DNA of 63,691 nt from Octopus bimaculoides (GCF_001194135.2 NC_068983.1:145291258-145354948); one strand, 5' to 3'. Positions 50,500 through 63,037 are shown, numbered from the stretch's first letter. Notes: generated from the sequence alone by a model not told the origin. A program made the numbers and translations.

Positions 50500-52590
50500 T
50501 AAACAGCATTACAGAGAAATGTGGGCAATATTGGATGAATGAAAGAACTGAGGTAACCAGAGTATGTATGTTCAACAGAATAATTACACTTTGTCATGAG
50601 CAACAAGATCGGATCAGTTGTTTCTGCATAAGCATCACAATCGGTAGTGAAAGAGAAAAGGAACATTTCTACGAAATCATTTTGTAGACAGCCTCAAGAA
50701 CAAATGATCTCATAAAAATGGCCAGTGAATTTAATGGATTATGTTAGGCAACACCATAATAGCTGCTCTGATATACATGAAACTATAGATATGATATGAG
50801 CAATGAGATGGGATCAAGGCTCTTGGAGTTGTGATTAAATGACCCAACCATTTACATCACTGACTTCAGGATGCCAACCAGTTATCTGATCAGACTTCAT
50901 ATTCAGCAGAAAGGATAGGCAAATAGTTGTGAATACTAAATATTTCTCCTGTGAAAAATACATCATGCAACATACAGTAGTGATTATTGACTTCAAAGCA
51001 AAAGTTAGATGGACTAAGAGACAAGACATTCTGAAAAACGAAGGCATGGAAGTTGAAAGGTCTCTCTGTTAGACATAGGTTTAGAGAAATTTAAAAAGGC
51101 ACAGACATCAAGGAGAAAGAATAAGTGAAGACCTAAAACATAGAGGACAACTAAGAGTCGCTACAAAATAAATGGCTGCAAGTCACACCAGATCTGTAAT
51201 TAGCATATGGTACCAACTAGACAGAAAGTGACATGCTTCAGTAGACTGGCCAATAAAAGCTAAAAAAAAACAGGCTTGGAAAGACTGGAAGAAAGAGGAG
51301 AACAATATCAAAGAGCTTAAAGAGAAGCTGAAACAAAGTTTATCAATGTTCTGCAATGAAAGGACCAGTAGTATTAGGTGTTACAGACTGCAAAACAGTG
51401 TGTCAGGATAACTTAAGATGTCATTGGGAAAATGTGTTGTGGAATGACAGCAGTGAACTGAGCCTCACTAAAACAGAGAAGGAAGAGACTTGGAAAGAGG
51501 CTGATAAATGTAGAGGTTGCATGGGAAGAATTAGATTATTTCAAGTGATTCCAACATTGACCAGCCATTCAAGTTGCAAACTGTTTGTTGAAAAGCATGA
51601 TTAAGTATGCATGTATCAAGGTGGGGAAATTAGCTGGATTAGTCAGTGAGACACTGAAATTATCTGACAATGTAGGATATGCATTAGTCACACGCATAGC
51701 TAATCAGGTTTTACAAGGAGGGTGTCATCATCAGCTGCTTCAAAGGGAAAAGAAACACTTCAAAATAAGTAACTACAGAAATATCAAACTGATGAACCAA
51801 CTTATGTAAGTTACAATTGATTAGAAAGAAATTTAGCTCAGATGAATTGCAGCTTGAGTTTGTGCCAAGACAGGATACTAGCAATGATCTCTTCTTCATA
51901 AAATAGCTGCTGGAGAACTTCTTCCAAAAACAAGCCACTATAAGTAGCATTTATTGATTTGGAGATGGTCTTTGGTAGGGTGCAAAACTCTGCTGGCCAC
52001 TGTGAAAATTAAGTAAAAGTAATGGCTAGTAAGAGCCATGCAAACCATGTAAAGAAATACCATCAAGAAATAAGAACAGACAATGAATCCAGTGTGGAAT
52101 TTAGTATAGAGAAGTGTTCACCAGTGCTCAGTTCTCAGCCCCCTTTATACCAATGATCTAGTTCTCATAATTAATTCTGTCAAAGATATACCCATTATAA
52201 ACATATGTGAGTGTGTGTGTGTGTGTGTATGAAATATTTTATATATACACATCCTTTCCACACTCATGAACTTACCCTATCCAATCCTCTGTACTACTCA
52301 TATTCACTTCTATATAACTTTAGGGTGTGCCAGCACAAAGCCACCTCCCCCAACACTACACCCAACTTCATTTCAAGGGTGTTGTCTTGCAAGTTACTTG
52401 ATGACCTCAATGGTGTCGGTGCCACGTAAAAAGCACCCAGTACACTGTAAAGTGGTTGGTATTAGGAAGAGCATCCCATCATAGAAACCATACCAATGCA
52501 GACATTGGAACTTGGAGCAGTCCTTTGGCTTGTCGGACCCTATCAAACCATGCAAACCACACCAGCAAGGGAAATGAATACTAAATGATA
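50500..52590 (+). mobile_element. Highly degenerate RTE LINE (endonuclease/RT remnant plus 3' tail)
   Basis: Remnant motifs NYRNIKLMNQLM, AFIDLE..F.RV, WLVRAMQ and HQ.SVLSP, with many stops. Confidence 0.65.
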
Positions 52591-52612
52591 TTATATGATA
52601 TAGTATCATTCA

Positions 52613-52660
<48 letters not shown>

Positions 52661-53335
52661 TCTTTTACTTGCTTCAGTCAAATGACTGCAGCCATGCTGG
52701 AGCACCGGCTTTTAGTTGAGCAAATCGACCCCAGGACTTATTCTTTGTAAGCCTAGTACTTATTCTATCAGTCTCTTTTGCCGAACCGCTAAGTTACGGG
52801 GACCTAAACACACCAGCATCAGTTGTCAAGTGATGTTGGGGGAATAAACACAGACACACAAACACATAAATATACGACGAGCTTCCTTCAGTTTCCATCT
52901 ACCAAATCCACTCACAAGGCTTTGGTCGGCCCGAGGCTATAGTAGAAGATACTTGCCCAAGGTGCCATGCAGTGGGACTGNNNNNNNNNNNNNNNNNNNN
53001 NNNNNNNNNNNNNNNNNNNNNNNNNNNNNNNNNNNNNNNNNNNNNNNNNNNNNNNNNNNNNNNNNNNNNNNNNNNNNNNNNNNNNNNNNNNNNNNNNNNN
53101 NNNNNNNNNNNNNNNNNNNNNNNNNNNNNNNNNNNNNNNNNNNNNATATATACATATATCATCATTCAATGTCCGCCTACCATGTCGGCATGGATTGGAT
53201 GGTCTGACTAATTACTGACAAGATGGGAGACTGCACCAGGTTCCAATTTGATTTGGCAAGGTTTCTACAGCTGGATGCCCTTCCTAATGCCAACACTCCG
53301 AGATTGTAGTGGGTGCTTTTTACATGCCACCAGCA

Positions 53336-53377
<42 letters not shown>

Positions 53378-54010
53378 CCCTGAGCCAACCAAAGCCTTGT
53401 GAATGAATTTAGATGAAAACTAAAAGAAGTTCATTGTGTGTGTCTCTCCTTATCTTGACATCATGTAATAGTTGAAAACAATTGTTACTGTCATTTATTT
53501 CCAACATTCTGTGAGAACACGTCTGGCCAGGGATAAATGCTTGGAAACAGGTGAGGGTTGGCAACAGGAAGAGTATCCAGTCACAGAAAATCTGCCTCAA
53601 TAAACTGGCTGGCCCATGAAAGCATGGAAAAATGGATGTTAGATACTGCTGCTGATGATGATTATATATATATATATATAACATCATTTAACATCCTTTT
53701 CTTTTCTTTTTTACTGGTAAGAGTCAAACAGTTTGACAGGACCTGACAAGCCAGATGACTGCACCAAGCTCAACTGTCAGCTCTGTATGGGTTTCTATGG
53801 CTGGATGCACTTCCTAATGCCAACCACTTCACAATGTACTAGGTGCATTTTTGGTGGTACCAATACCAGTGGGGTCACCAAGTAACTTTCAAGACAAAGA
53901 ACAAAGAATCCTCATCTGAGAAGGGGCATAGTATTGAGGGAGGTGGCTTTGTACCAGGTGATGAGAGGTTAATTATTATAGAGCAACTGAAACATGTCTT
54001 GCTACCCCAG

Positions 54011-54046
<36 letters not shown>

Positions 54047-55581
54047 TGGTAAAGATGTACAAGGGCATACGCTCAGGTACAAGGAGGTGAATGTAAGTGG
54101 AATGGTACAGAGAATTGGAAAGGGACAGTGAGCAGGGAATTCATGAGAATGCATTGTATACGGCAGTAATTTTATTAATGAAAATATATATTTTATAAAT
54201 CAAGTCAACAAATCCATGTGTGTTGAAGCCACCAGTTTGACTAAGGTGTAATGAATGCAATAACTTTACCAATCAATTATTAATAGTATTCATAATTCTG
54301 TGAAAAAAGTACACTTATAAAATAATTATTTTTCTTTTTATGCCTTATAAATAATATGAATTCTTATGTGCGTGTATATATATGTATATATGTTTGTGTG
54401 TACTGGCTTTGAGATCTTTGTTGATCCCAAATTCTAAATAATCTAACGTTTAAGGTGTTACATAAACGTCAGTTTATGTTTGGTGCCCTCTGAATTTATT
54501 TACTGCGACCTGGTACTAGAAATTTTACATCGCTATTGAAAGCCCTCGGCTTAATATGTCTGAACAGAACATTTCTGTTCCAGACAAATTTTGAAATATT
54601 AACTCGTTTTTCTAAGCTTCAATTTCTCCCATTCTCCTCTGTATCTGCAATTGCGGAGAGTGTGTCCTAGATATGTGAAATGTATCACTTTGTTCAACAA
54701 GTTTATTTTTAATATTGTCAGTGTTAGGGCCAATCCATTCAATTTCCGGGACATCAGCTTTAATAACCGAAAACCTTAGTTCGTTTTTCATTATCTTTGT
54801 TAGCCTGTGTCTTTCTCTTCAAGCCTTGTACAATCTGTAAATAACATCCGCAAAGACTAGTAGATCCTCTATCATATGCTCTAGTGCTCACCATATGTCT
54901 GTTGTTTTGGCCTGCGTAGTTTGACGCCTCACCCAGTTAATTGTCACTAAAATCACCTCAGCTCTACAATAAGTTAATAGAGTTCTGGAATAGCTATCGT
55001 TCGAAGTCTCATATAGTAAGAGAAAACGGGTGGATGTTAACGAAACATTGTCATGGGTCGTTTTCCTTTTGCATTTTTCAACATCCGTATTTCAAACAAC
55101 GGAAATAATGGTACCCCAAAATATTATTCCACTCATCTCATTGTCTTGCACCTCCAGCTTCTATAATCTTTTAATTTTTTTTCACGAAATATGGAACTTC
55201 GAAAGACAACCATTCCAAAACTTCAGTGAAATTTTAGCAAATGCAGTAATAGATTGGTGTAAATACCGCGTATGCGCTTGAACATAAATATATATACATG
55301 TAGAGAGACAGACAGAGGGTATATGAATGGGTGTGCGTGTATGTGTGTCGAGGGAGTGTACATTATGATAACGTGTGTCAAGAATATTTCGCACTAGAGT
55401 AAGAATCATTGATTTCACACAAATATATAAATAAACTCTACTACATGAAATGACTATTCATTTTTTTTTTTCTCATTTCCAATTCGAAATGCGAGTGTAT
55501 ATACAATTCCAGCCAATGTTTATCTACATATGCGTGTGTGTATAAATCGCGTAAAAAAAAGGTAAATAATTGTCTACTTAC

Positions 55582-55614
55582 ACTGGTCCCGATACTACCT
55601 ATAATGCAGCCCAT
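55582..55614 (-). CDS. SERINC: SERINC coding exon 1 (MGCIIGSIGTS)
   Basis: ATG GGC TGC ATT ATA GGT AGT ATC GGG ACC AGT followed by a GTAAGT donor; 33 nt, phase 0. The MG start and length match SERINC first exons, and it joins in frame to LACCCG. Confidence 0.9.
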
Positions 55615-55729
55615 TCTTTCGAATTATTGAATGTAACCGCGCAGTAGGAATTCTATCTTGTAGTGAAAGTTAGAAAAGATAAAGGTTTATGATACTAGAG
55701 ACGAAAATATCAACAATGGAAATTAATCG

Positions 55730-55795
55730 CCACTTCCTCAATATGGCGGCGATTTCTGTTTTTCCTCGAATACCGTGACGTCACAGTCACCTGAC
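55730..55795. promoter_or_regulatory. Probable SERINC core promoter/5' region: ETS-like CACTTCC, YY1-like AATATGGCGGC, palindromic CRE GTGACGTCAC, E-box GTCACCTGAC
   Basis: Motifs read directly at 55731, 55740, 55775 and 55786, 120-180 bp upstream of the ATG in a CpG-retaining region. Function is inferred. Confidence 0.6.
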
Positions 55796-55859
55796 TTAAA
55801 TCATGTGTTGCTGAGTTTGTTTATTGTTCGACACCAACTACTCAGTTGCAACTTTTATC

Positions 55860-56290
55860 CTGTCTCTCTCACTTCCTCCCTTTCGTTTTTCTTTTCTAAC
55901 ACTTCTCTTCTTCTCACTCTTTCTCACTATTCTTCTTCTCTCCTCTTCCTTCCTCTCTCCCATTTTCTATTTCTTCCATTTTCTCTCCTTTTTTTGTCCG
56001 TCCTTCTTCAATTGTTTCTCTAAATGAGTCTTTCTCTCTCCATTTTTCTCTTTCTCTGTGTCTCTCCCTTTCTTTCTCTTTCTTTCTCTCTCCTCTCTAT
56101 CTCTCTCGCCCTGTCTCTCTCTTTCTATCATTCCTCTCTTTATATCCCTCTCTTTCATTTCGTTCTTAACTGCTTATTATTTCTTTCTTTCCCATTTCCA
56201 ATTCTTTTTCTCTCTCAATCACAATTGCTTCTCTTATTATTTCGGTCTCTCTTTCCCCACTTTTCGCTCACCTCTCCCTTCTCAATTATT
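55860..56290. repeat. Long CT/GA low-complexity tract upstream of SERINC
   Basis: About 430 bp of (CT)n/TTTC-rich sequence; it produces several of the spurious ORFs in the track. Confidence 0.9.
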
Positions 56291-57132
56291 TTATGCGCCA
56301 TTGTTCATTACATTGTTGAGATAGTCAAATGCGATTTAATGAATCAAAAACACTCTTTGTTTTAATAAGTTGGCTTTAAGTGTGTGTGGGGGGATGTATG
56401 TGTGTGTGTGTACGTAGATAGATAGGATAGATAGATAGATGTTCTTATTTATATTCAAGGAATTATTTGATAATCTGCTATGCTCCAAGCATGTCAGCAA
56501 CAAACAGGAAAAAAAAAGCTTGCGTTGTGTCATCCTAAAAGTCCCTAATAATGACAAACTCCAATTATCTGATTATTTTAATGCCAAGGTCAGCTCTGAT
56601 TATGATACACGGTTTAGTGTGATTGGCAGACACATCACAGACTGCGTTGGTTGTGTTATTGTTTCTATTATATTCTGTCTTATTGTAAGGAATTCAACCG
56701 CTCAGTAACAAACTCAACGTTCAAGCTACCAAATATTCATAAAACAACTTAGATACATCGTCGGTCAAAGAACTGGCATTTAATCGAAAATGTTATAGAA
56801 CGGATGTTCATGTCATTCATTCATTTCATTCGTTCATTCAATGCCATCTACTGGCTATCAGATCACTTTTTGTTGTGCAACAAGTCTATCACAATTCGCA
56901 ACAGACGACATGTTTAAGCTCTTAGGTAGTGCTGGATTAACCATTAAGCAAAATAAGCACATGCTTAGAGTATCAATGGAAAGTGTGGGGAGTCATAAAA
57001 ATGGTAAATGGTTTACGGCACAAGTGAATTCATTTTAAACTTGGTCAGTAATATTCGAAGTCGTTTGTATGATCGGAAATACAATTTCGAAGTGGAGATT
57101 TTTTTTCAGTAATATTATAAACATAGATAGGT

Positions 57133-57177
57133 TTTATTATTATTATTATTATTATTATAATTATTATTATTATTATT

Positions 57178-57213
<36 letters not shown>

Positions 57214-57232
57214 ATTTATTTATTTATTTATT
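57133..57232. repeat. Compound (TTA)n-(TTG)n-(TTTA)n microsatellite
   Basis: Read directly. Many (TA)n, (CA)n and (GA)n tracts occur elsewhere, most N-gaps abutting them. Confidence 0.95.
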
Positions 57233-57424
57233 TTTCCTCAGATTGCGGAATTTGTTGTGAAACATATAACATGAATTATAAAAATAAAAAAAAAATAAAT
57301 ATTAAATTAGAAAAACGGACGAAGCAGAGAACATAATTGGAAAAATTACAAAGCAATAAACACAAAGCAGCAGGGAAAAAAAACAAAATTCACCACCTTG
57401 AAAATTTGGTGGTGNNNNNNNNNN

Positions 57425-58080
57425 AACGTCAGCACGCTTGTGGCGTTGCTGCGGGTGATGGCGAGGCTCATGCGCTGAACAACCAAGCGTCCTTACGAGC
57501 TTCACCAGTTACCTCAGCTAGGCGAGCTGCCAGTGAAGACAGGAATCTTGCAGTCAGTGGTCCGACCCCCACCAAACGTCTCGAACGTCACAGGATGGGA
57601 AAATGTAGTTGGCCGACAGATCACGGTACTTCAGGATTTTGTTCCGCTCAGCCGCAGAAGCTGTCGATCTCGCTCTGGCCACAGCATCCAGAATGTGAGA
57701 AAAAGTAAAGGAGTCGCTAACTGTGACATCCTAGACAAGCCATCTGCCTTTCGACCAGGAGCACAGGGCGAGGCCGTCAGGTCTTTTCTAGATGATTCCA
57801 AAATGGAGTGGATGTTTGCCTGGTCCAAGCTCCTCTTGAGAATAAGGTTTAATTCCGTATGACGCGCGAAGCGACCAGCGTTCAGGTGACAAGAAAGATC
57901 ATGGTGACCTGTGGAGTCGAAGAGCCTGACGCAACATCTCAAACCTATGCATACGTCAACTTCCACTCTGAGGGCAATGGAGACACGAAGTTCGTCCAAG
58001 CTGAATAGGCCACCAATGTTAGCCACAGGGATGGTATCAATCCAATCACCTGAGTATTTGGTGCTGGTCCGACTGGATGA
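57425..58080 (-). mobile_element. 3' fragment of a CRE-like non-LTR retrotransposon (Zn knuckle plus restriction-like endonuclease), pseudogenised
   Basis: Minus frames give SGDWIDTIP...LRVSIALRV...C.C...D..GHHDLSC....GRFARHTELN, then KRPDGL...W.KGR.LV*DVTVSDS, AAERNKILKYRDL, PVTFETFGG and QRMSLAITRSNATSVL: PD..D..K RLE architecture. Clade assignment is from motif recall. Confidence 0.8.
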
Positions 58081-58488
58081 AGTGAGAGTCGAAGGTAGCC
58101 TTCGAAATTATGTTGTCACGTGTCAGCGACGAGAGAGTCAAGGAGGTAGAGTGTGTGTGAGAGAGAGAGAGAGAGAGAGAGGAAACGGTGAAGGGAGAGA
58201 AGAATAGGGAAAGTGCGTGTGTATGTGTGTGTGTACCCCCATCATCGCTTGACAATTGATGTTGCTGTATTTACGTCCCCGTAACCCAGTTCGGCGAAAG
58301 ACACCGATTGAATAAATATTAGGCTTACAAAGAATAAGTCCTGGAGTCGATTTGTTCGACTAAAGACGATGTTCATACATGGCTGCAGTCGCATGATTGA
58401 AGCTAGTAAAACAATAAAAAAAACTATGCGATTTTAATTCCGAGCAACGCTAGTTATTTATATAAGAAATCTATAAATGTCATCATAT

Positions 58489-58871
58489 TGTTGGCACTCC
58501 GTCGCTTACGACGTCGCGAGTTCCAGTTGATCCGATCAACAGAACAGCCTGCTCGTGAAATTAACGTGCAAGTGGCTGAGCACTCCACCGACACGTGTAC
58601 TCTCAATGTAGTTCTTGGGGATATTCAGCGTGACACAGTGTGACAAGGCTGACCCTTTGAAATTACAGGCACAACAGAAACAGGAAGAAAGAATGAGAGA
58701 AAGTTGTGGTGAAAGAGTACAGCAGGGTTCACCACCATCCTCTGCCGGAGCCTCGTGGAGCTTTAGGTGTTTTCGCTCAATAAAAACTCACAACGCCCAG
58801 TCTGGGAATCGAAACCGCGATCCTATGACCGCGAGTCCGTTGCCCTAACCACTGGCCCAATGCGCCTCCAC
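58489..58871 (-). mobile_element. Second tRNA-derived SINE family, intact copy with 14-bp TSD
   Basis: TSD AAATGTCATCATAT at 58475-58488 and 58872-58885; minus-strand head GTGGAGGCGCATTGGGCCAGTGGTTAGG...GGTTTCGATTCC. Confidence 0.85.
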
Positions 58872-59004
58872 AAATGTCATCATATACAGCAAAATAACAC
58901 CTCTTTGCAGATTCTTTCAAACCTTAACAACGGAAGAGGTGACCGAACAAAATTCTAATCTATTCTATGAAGTGGAATTGAATGGGCGGAAACAAAATAT
59001 ACAG

Positions 59005-59035
59005 CCCTAACCCTAACCCTAACCCTAACCCTAAC
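59005..59035. repeat. Interstitial (CCCTAA)5 telomere-like tract
   Basis: Read directly from the sequence. Confidence 0.9.
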
Positions 59036-59619
59036 TTATAAAAAATTTCAACTCATCCGTTTTGGAAAAGTGGATGTACTTAAGCAACCAAACTCTATTT
59101 CCTCTGAAGAACTTCTAACGATGTCATATCATATCGGAGCCATGTGCATAATTACCAACAATATTCAAAGCTGAAACGCCCACATCAACACTGACATTCC
59201 GTCGGTTACGACGACGACAGTTCCAGTTGATCCGATCAACGGAACTGCCTGCTCGTGAAATTAATGTGACTGAGCTTTCCACAGAATCAAAAGTCATCAT
59301 ATTTCTATTCTCTTACTTTGTTTCTGTCTCACTTTGAATACTGTTGTCCATTCAGTTATGACAACTGAAATACCAAAGAGATTAATTACAAAAATAAATA
59401 CAAACACTGACAGGCCTTGGTTACTGAGATCGTCTCAAAAAGTTCAAACTTTGTTCTCTCACAGCGTTACAAATGTAATGCTTACAGCGTTACATTTGTA
59501 CAATGCTGAAAATATTCCATTAGCGTTGTTCAAACGATGTTGGTATCAAGTGTAAAAATCACCGAAGGCTAAGCCCTCAACAAAAATCGACAACTTTTTT
59601 TTTTTTATCTCATCTGGCT

Positions 59620-59760
59620 CTGCTCAGTTTAAAACTATTCCGAAATAAATCCAAGAAAAATGTCTTTCATAAGGTACCTGGCCAAATTCCTGCAAGAAAT
59701 ACCAGATAAACCACCAACCACACGTTTCGATTAACAGCTCCTCGCTATATGGTACCTTTA
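59620..59760 (+). mobile_element. Possible CR1/L2-type LINE 3'-terminal remnant
   Basis: Peptide RYLAKFLQEIPDKPP resembles the LDKFL..IPD.P C-terminus of such LINEs. Confidence 0.4.
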
Positions 59761-60200
59761 GCAATAGACCATTCTATCGCAAGCATTCGGGCCATGTCTC
59801 AGCGGCTTGAGAATACCTTCCCTCCATCTCACACCAGTTTCGGAAGCCTGGTAATGAGTTATAGCCACAGCGCTTTCCTCATGACTAAGAGATTAAAAGA
59901 AATAGAAGAACGTTCGCAGCTGAAAGTGAGTTTAACTTCTATACATATGCAAAACTGTTTCCTACGTGATGCTCTATTTGAATTGAAGAAATAAATTATC
60001 GAAATAGGAGCAGTACGGTATTGAACAAGAGATGTTCTTCTACCTCTGCCATCACTACTCTCTCACTGTGTTGAAAAAAAAATAATAAATAGTGGTGGGG
60101 GTACTTCATTTGAATTGATATTTGAAACGATATTGAACTAGAGATGTTCTACTACCTCTGCTATCACTACCCTCTCTTTGTGTTGAAAAAAAAAAGATAA

Positions 60201-60439
60201 GGTACTACTAAAGCAGCGCGGACCCGAACGCGCAGTCGCGCAGTCGCGCGTCCGCGCTAGCTAGTCTTGAGTGGTCGATCCTAACCCTATCCCTAACCCT
60301 AACCCTAACCCTATCCCTAACCCGCGTGTGCAAATGAATACGTGTTTAGGGTTAGGGTTAGGGTTAGGATCGACTACTCACGACTAGCTAGCGCGGACGC
60401 GCGACTGCGCGTTCGGGTCCGCGCTGCTTTAGTAGTACC
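60201..60439. mobile_element. 239-bp foldback MITE with long TIRs, 9-bp TSD (Mutator-like) and internal telomeric repeats
   Basis: GGTACTACTAAAGCAGCGCGGACCCGAACG...CGTTCGGGTCCGCGCTGCTTTAGTAGTACC; TSD AAAAGATAA at 60192-60200 and 60440-60448. Confidence 0.85.
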
Positions 60440-61025
60440 AAAAGATAAATGGAGGTGGGGGTCATTTCTTTCTATGGTACACAATAAAATCTGTAAGAGG
60501 AGGTATGTGAATCACCTCGCTTCTCTTAATATGTAGCTGAGCTCTTTCCAACCCATAACTGCAAGAAGGTTTATCATCATTTCCGACTCAAAACTATCCA
60601 GAAGGCTAATTATCATTTCCGATTTCCCTAACGTAAACAGAAGAGAAGTAATTGACTACCATTAAATAGAGCATTGATAAAACGCTTTGAATCTTTTCCT
60701 GATTAAGGAATCAAGTTGTAAAAGGATAGAGCAGGCTTGAAGTATTTGGTGCTGTGAATATTAATGGAGGACACCGCTATTTCCTTGTCTTATTGTACTA
60801 GAAAGTCAATTGCGATAGGTAAGCATCCAACCAAGGCAGGTTTTTGTTGCTTATTCACTCCAATACTGCAGAAAGAAGAATTTAAAACTGAACTCGCTAC
60901 CGTTGTTCAAGCTTAAATCAGCTCTGATTACTCTGACCAATAATGAATAGTGTTCGAGCTATGATTATCTATCATCTTATTCATTTATTTATTTATTTTT
61001 TATCTACAGACATAGGGTATCTAGG

Positions 61026-61409
61026 TTTGTTTGTTGATGGCACTCCGTCGCTTACGACGTCGAGGATTCCAGTTGATCCGATCAACGGAACAGCCTGCTC
61101 GTGAAATTAACGTGCAAGTGGCTGAACTCTCCACANNNNNNNNNNGAACAGCCTGCTCGTGAAATTAACGTGCAAGTGGCTGAACTCTCCACAGACACGT
61201 GTACCCTTAACGTAGCTCTCGGGGATATTCAGCGTGACACAGGTACAACAGAAACGGGAAGAAAGAGAGAGAAAGTTGTGGTGAAAGAGTACAGCAGGTT
61301 TGGGCAACATCCTCGTGGAGCTTTAGGTCTTTTCGCTCAATAAACACTCACAACGCCCGGTCTGGGAATCGAAACTGTGATCCTAACCACTGGGCCATTG
61401 CGCCTCCAC
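61026..61409 (-). mobile_element. Second SINE family, copy with 10-bp TSD
   Basis: TSD GGTATCTAGG at 61016-61025 and 61410-61419; closely similar to 58489-58871. A partial copy lies at about 59190-59280. Confidence 0.85.
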
Positions 61410-62977
61410 GGTATCTAGGACATATCATTGAATATACCCTTCCTGAATATTTTTAACGATTGTAGGGTGTAATATGAAGGATATTTTGCTACTATTTTTA
61501 GAAAGTCGAGCGCCATGTAGCGACCATCCGGTGGTCTATATGATAATTTTTAGTGATGTAAAATCCGATGTTCTCAAACAAATTTCAAACTGTCATGCAG
61601 AGTAGCTTCTCTTTAACTTTTGTTATTGTTTGNNNNNNNNNNNNNNNNNNNNNNNNNNNNNNNNNNNNNNNNNNNNNNNNNNNNNNNNNNNNNNNNNNNN
61701 NNNNNNNNNNNNNNNNNNNNNNNNNNNNNNNNNNNNNNNNNNNNNNNNNNNNNNNNNNNNNNNNNNNNNNNNNNNNNNNNNNNNNNNNNNNACGAATGTG
61801 ACATCGAAATCACGCGTAAACGTAGTTATGCCAATTTTTCTACGGATATTAACAAACACCAGATGACAAGCGAAAGATCGTCATTCACTTGAAAATAATA
61901 AAAAAAAACATTAAAATATTGTCTGTTTAAAGAAAGCTAAAATATAAATACTTACCGTACAAAAAACTTAGATTTTTGAAACCACATTCAGTTAAAAATG
62001 TTTTTTAATTATTAAAATATTGTCTACGTCAAAAAGTCGAGATTTTATTTCTTTTTCTCAGAAAAGTTCGATGTCTATGTGTGTGTATATGTCACAGATA
62101 GGGGGCGTGTGTTTGTGCTGATTGAGATCTCATGGCATTCATTATCTGTGTGTGTATTCTGTATGTGTGTATGTATGTTGACGTTACGGAAGCCATGTTT
62201 TTTTTTGTCAAGAAATAACAAAAAAATTGTGTTTAATCGTTTTAATTTATAAATAGAGGTCCAAATATCACAAAAATATGTACTGCCGAAGGTCAGTATG
62301 AAAATAAATATGGAAAAAAAAAATTAAGATAAAATATACTATTTCTGAGATATTTCGGGTACACACAAACATCTCTAGAGTTTTAGTATTATGAAGATCG
62401 ATTATGAAGGACAAGTAAAAGCTGGGCAGAGAACAAGGTGTTGCCTGTAAACGTTGGCCCACGAAAACCTTGACACAACAAGAATAAGCAGAAGAGCCAT
62501 CAAAAACAACGTAGAGACTTCTAAAAAAGCATCTAGATCAGTGTTTCTCAATCATTTTTTATCTATAGATCCGTTTGATTCCTATTTTACTTTACTGGTC
62601 CCTCATAGCCATTCGATGATTAAGAAATCTTATTACATTTTTATAGTTAAATATTATAAAGAATTCTTTTATTCTTTCTGATATTTATTTGTCATTTGAT
62701 TGCGGCCATGCTGGAGTACCACCTTGAAGGGTTTTAGTTGAATAAATCGACCCCGGGACTTATTTTCTAAGCCTAGTACTTATTCTATCGGTCTCTTTTG
62801 CCGAACTGCATGGTTACGGGGGCGTAAACACACTGACACCGGTTGTCAAGAGGTGGTGGGGTGGCAAACACAGACAGAGAGATACACCCACGTACGCACA
62901 CACACACACATGTATACACACACATACACACACACATATATATGTATATACATACATGCATGTGTGTGTGGGTGTGA

Positions 62978-63037
<60 letters not shown>

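Noticed and set aside
57533-57862. 109-aa plus-strand ORF
   Set aside because: It is the antisense shadow of the CRE-like element encoded on the minus strand.
61087-61194. 49-bp duplication around a 10-N gap inside a SINE
   Set aside because: Same artefact pattern of identical copies either side of a gap.
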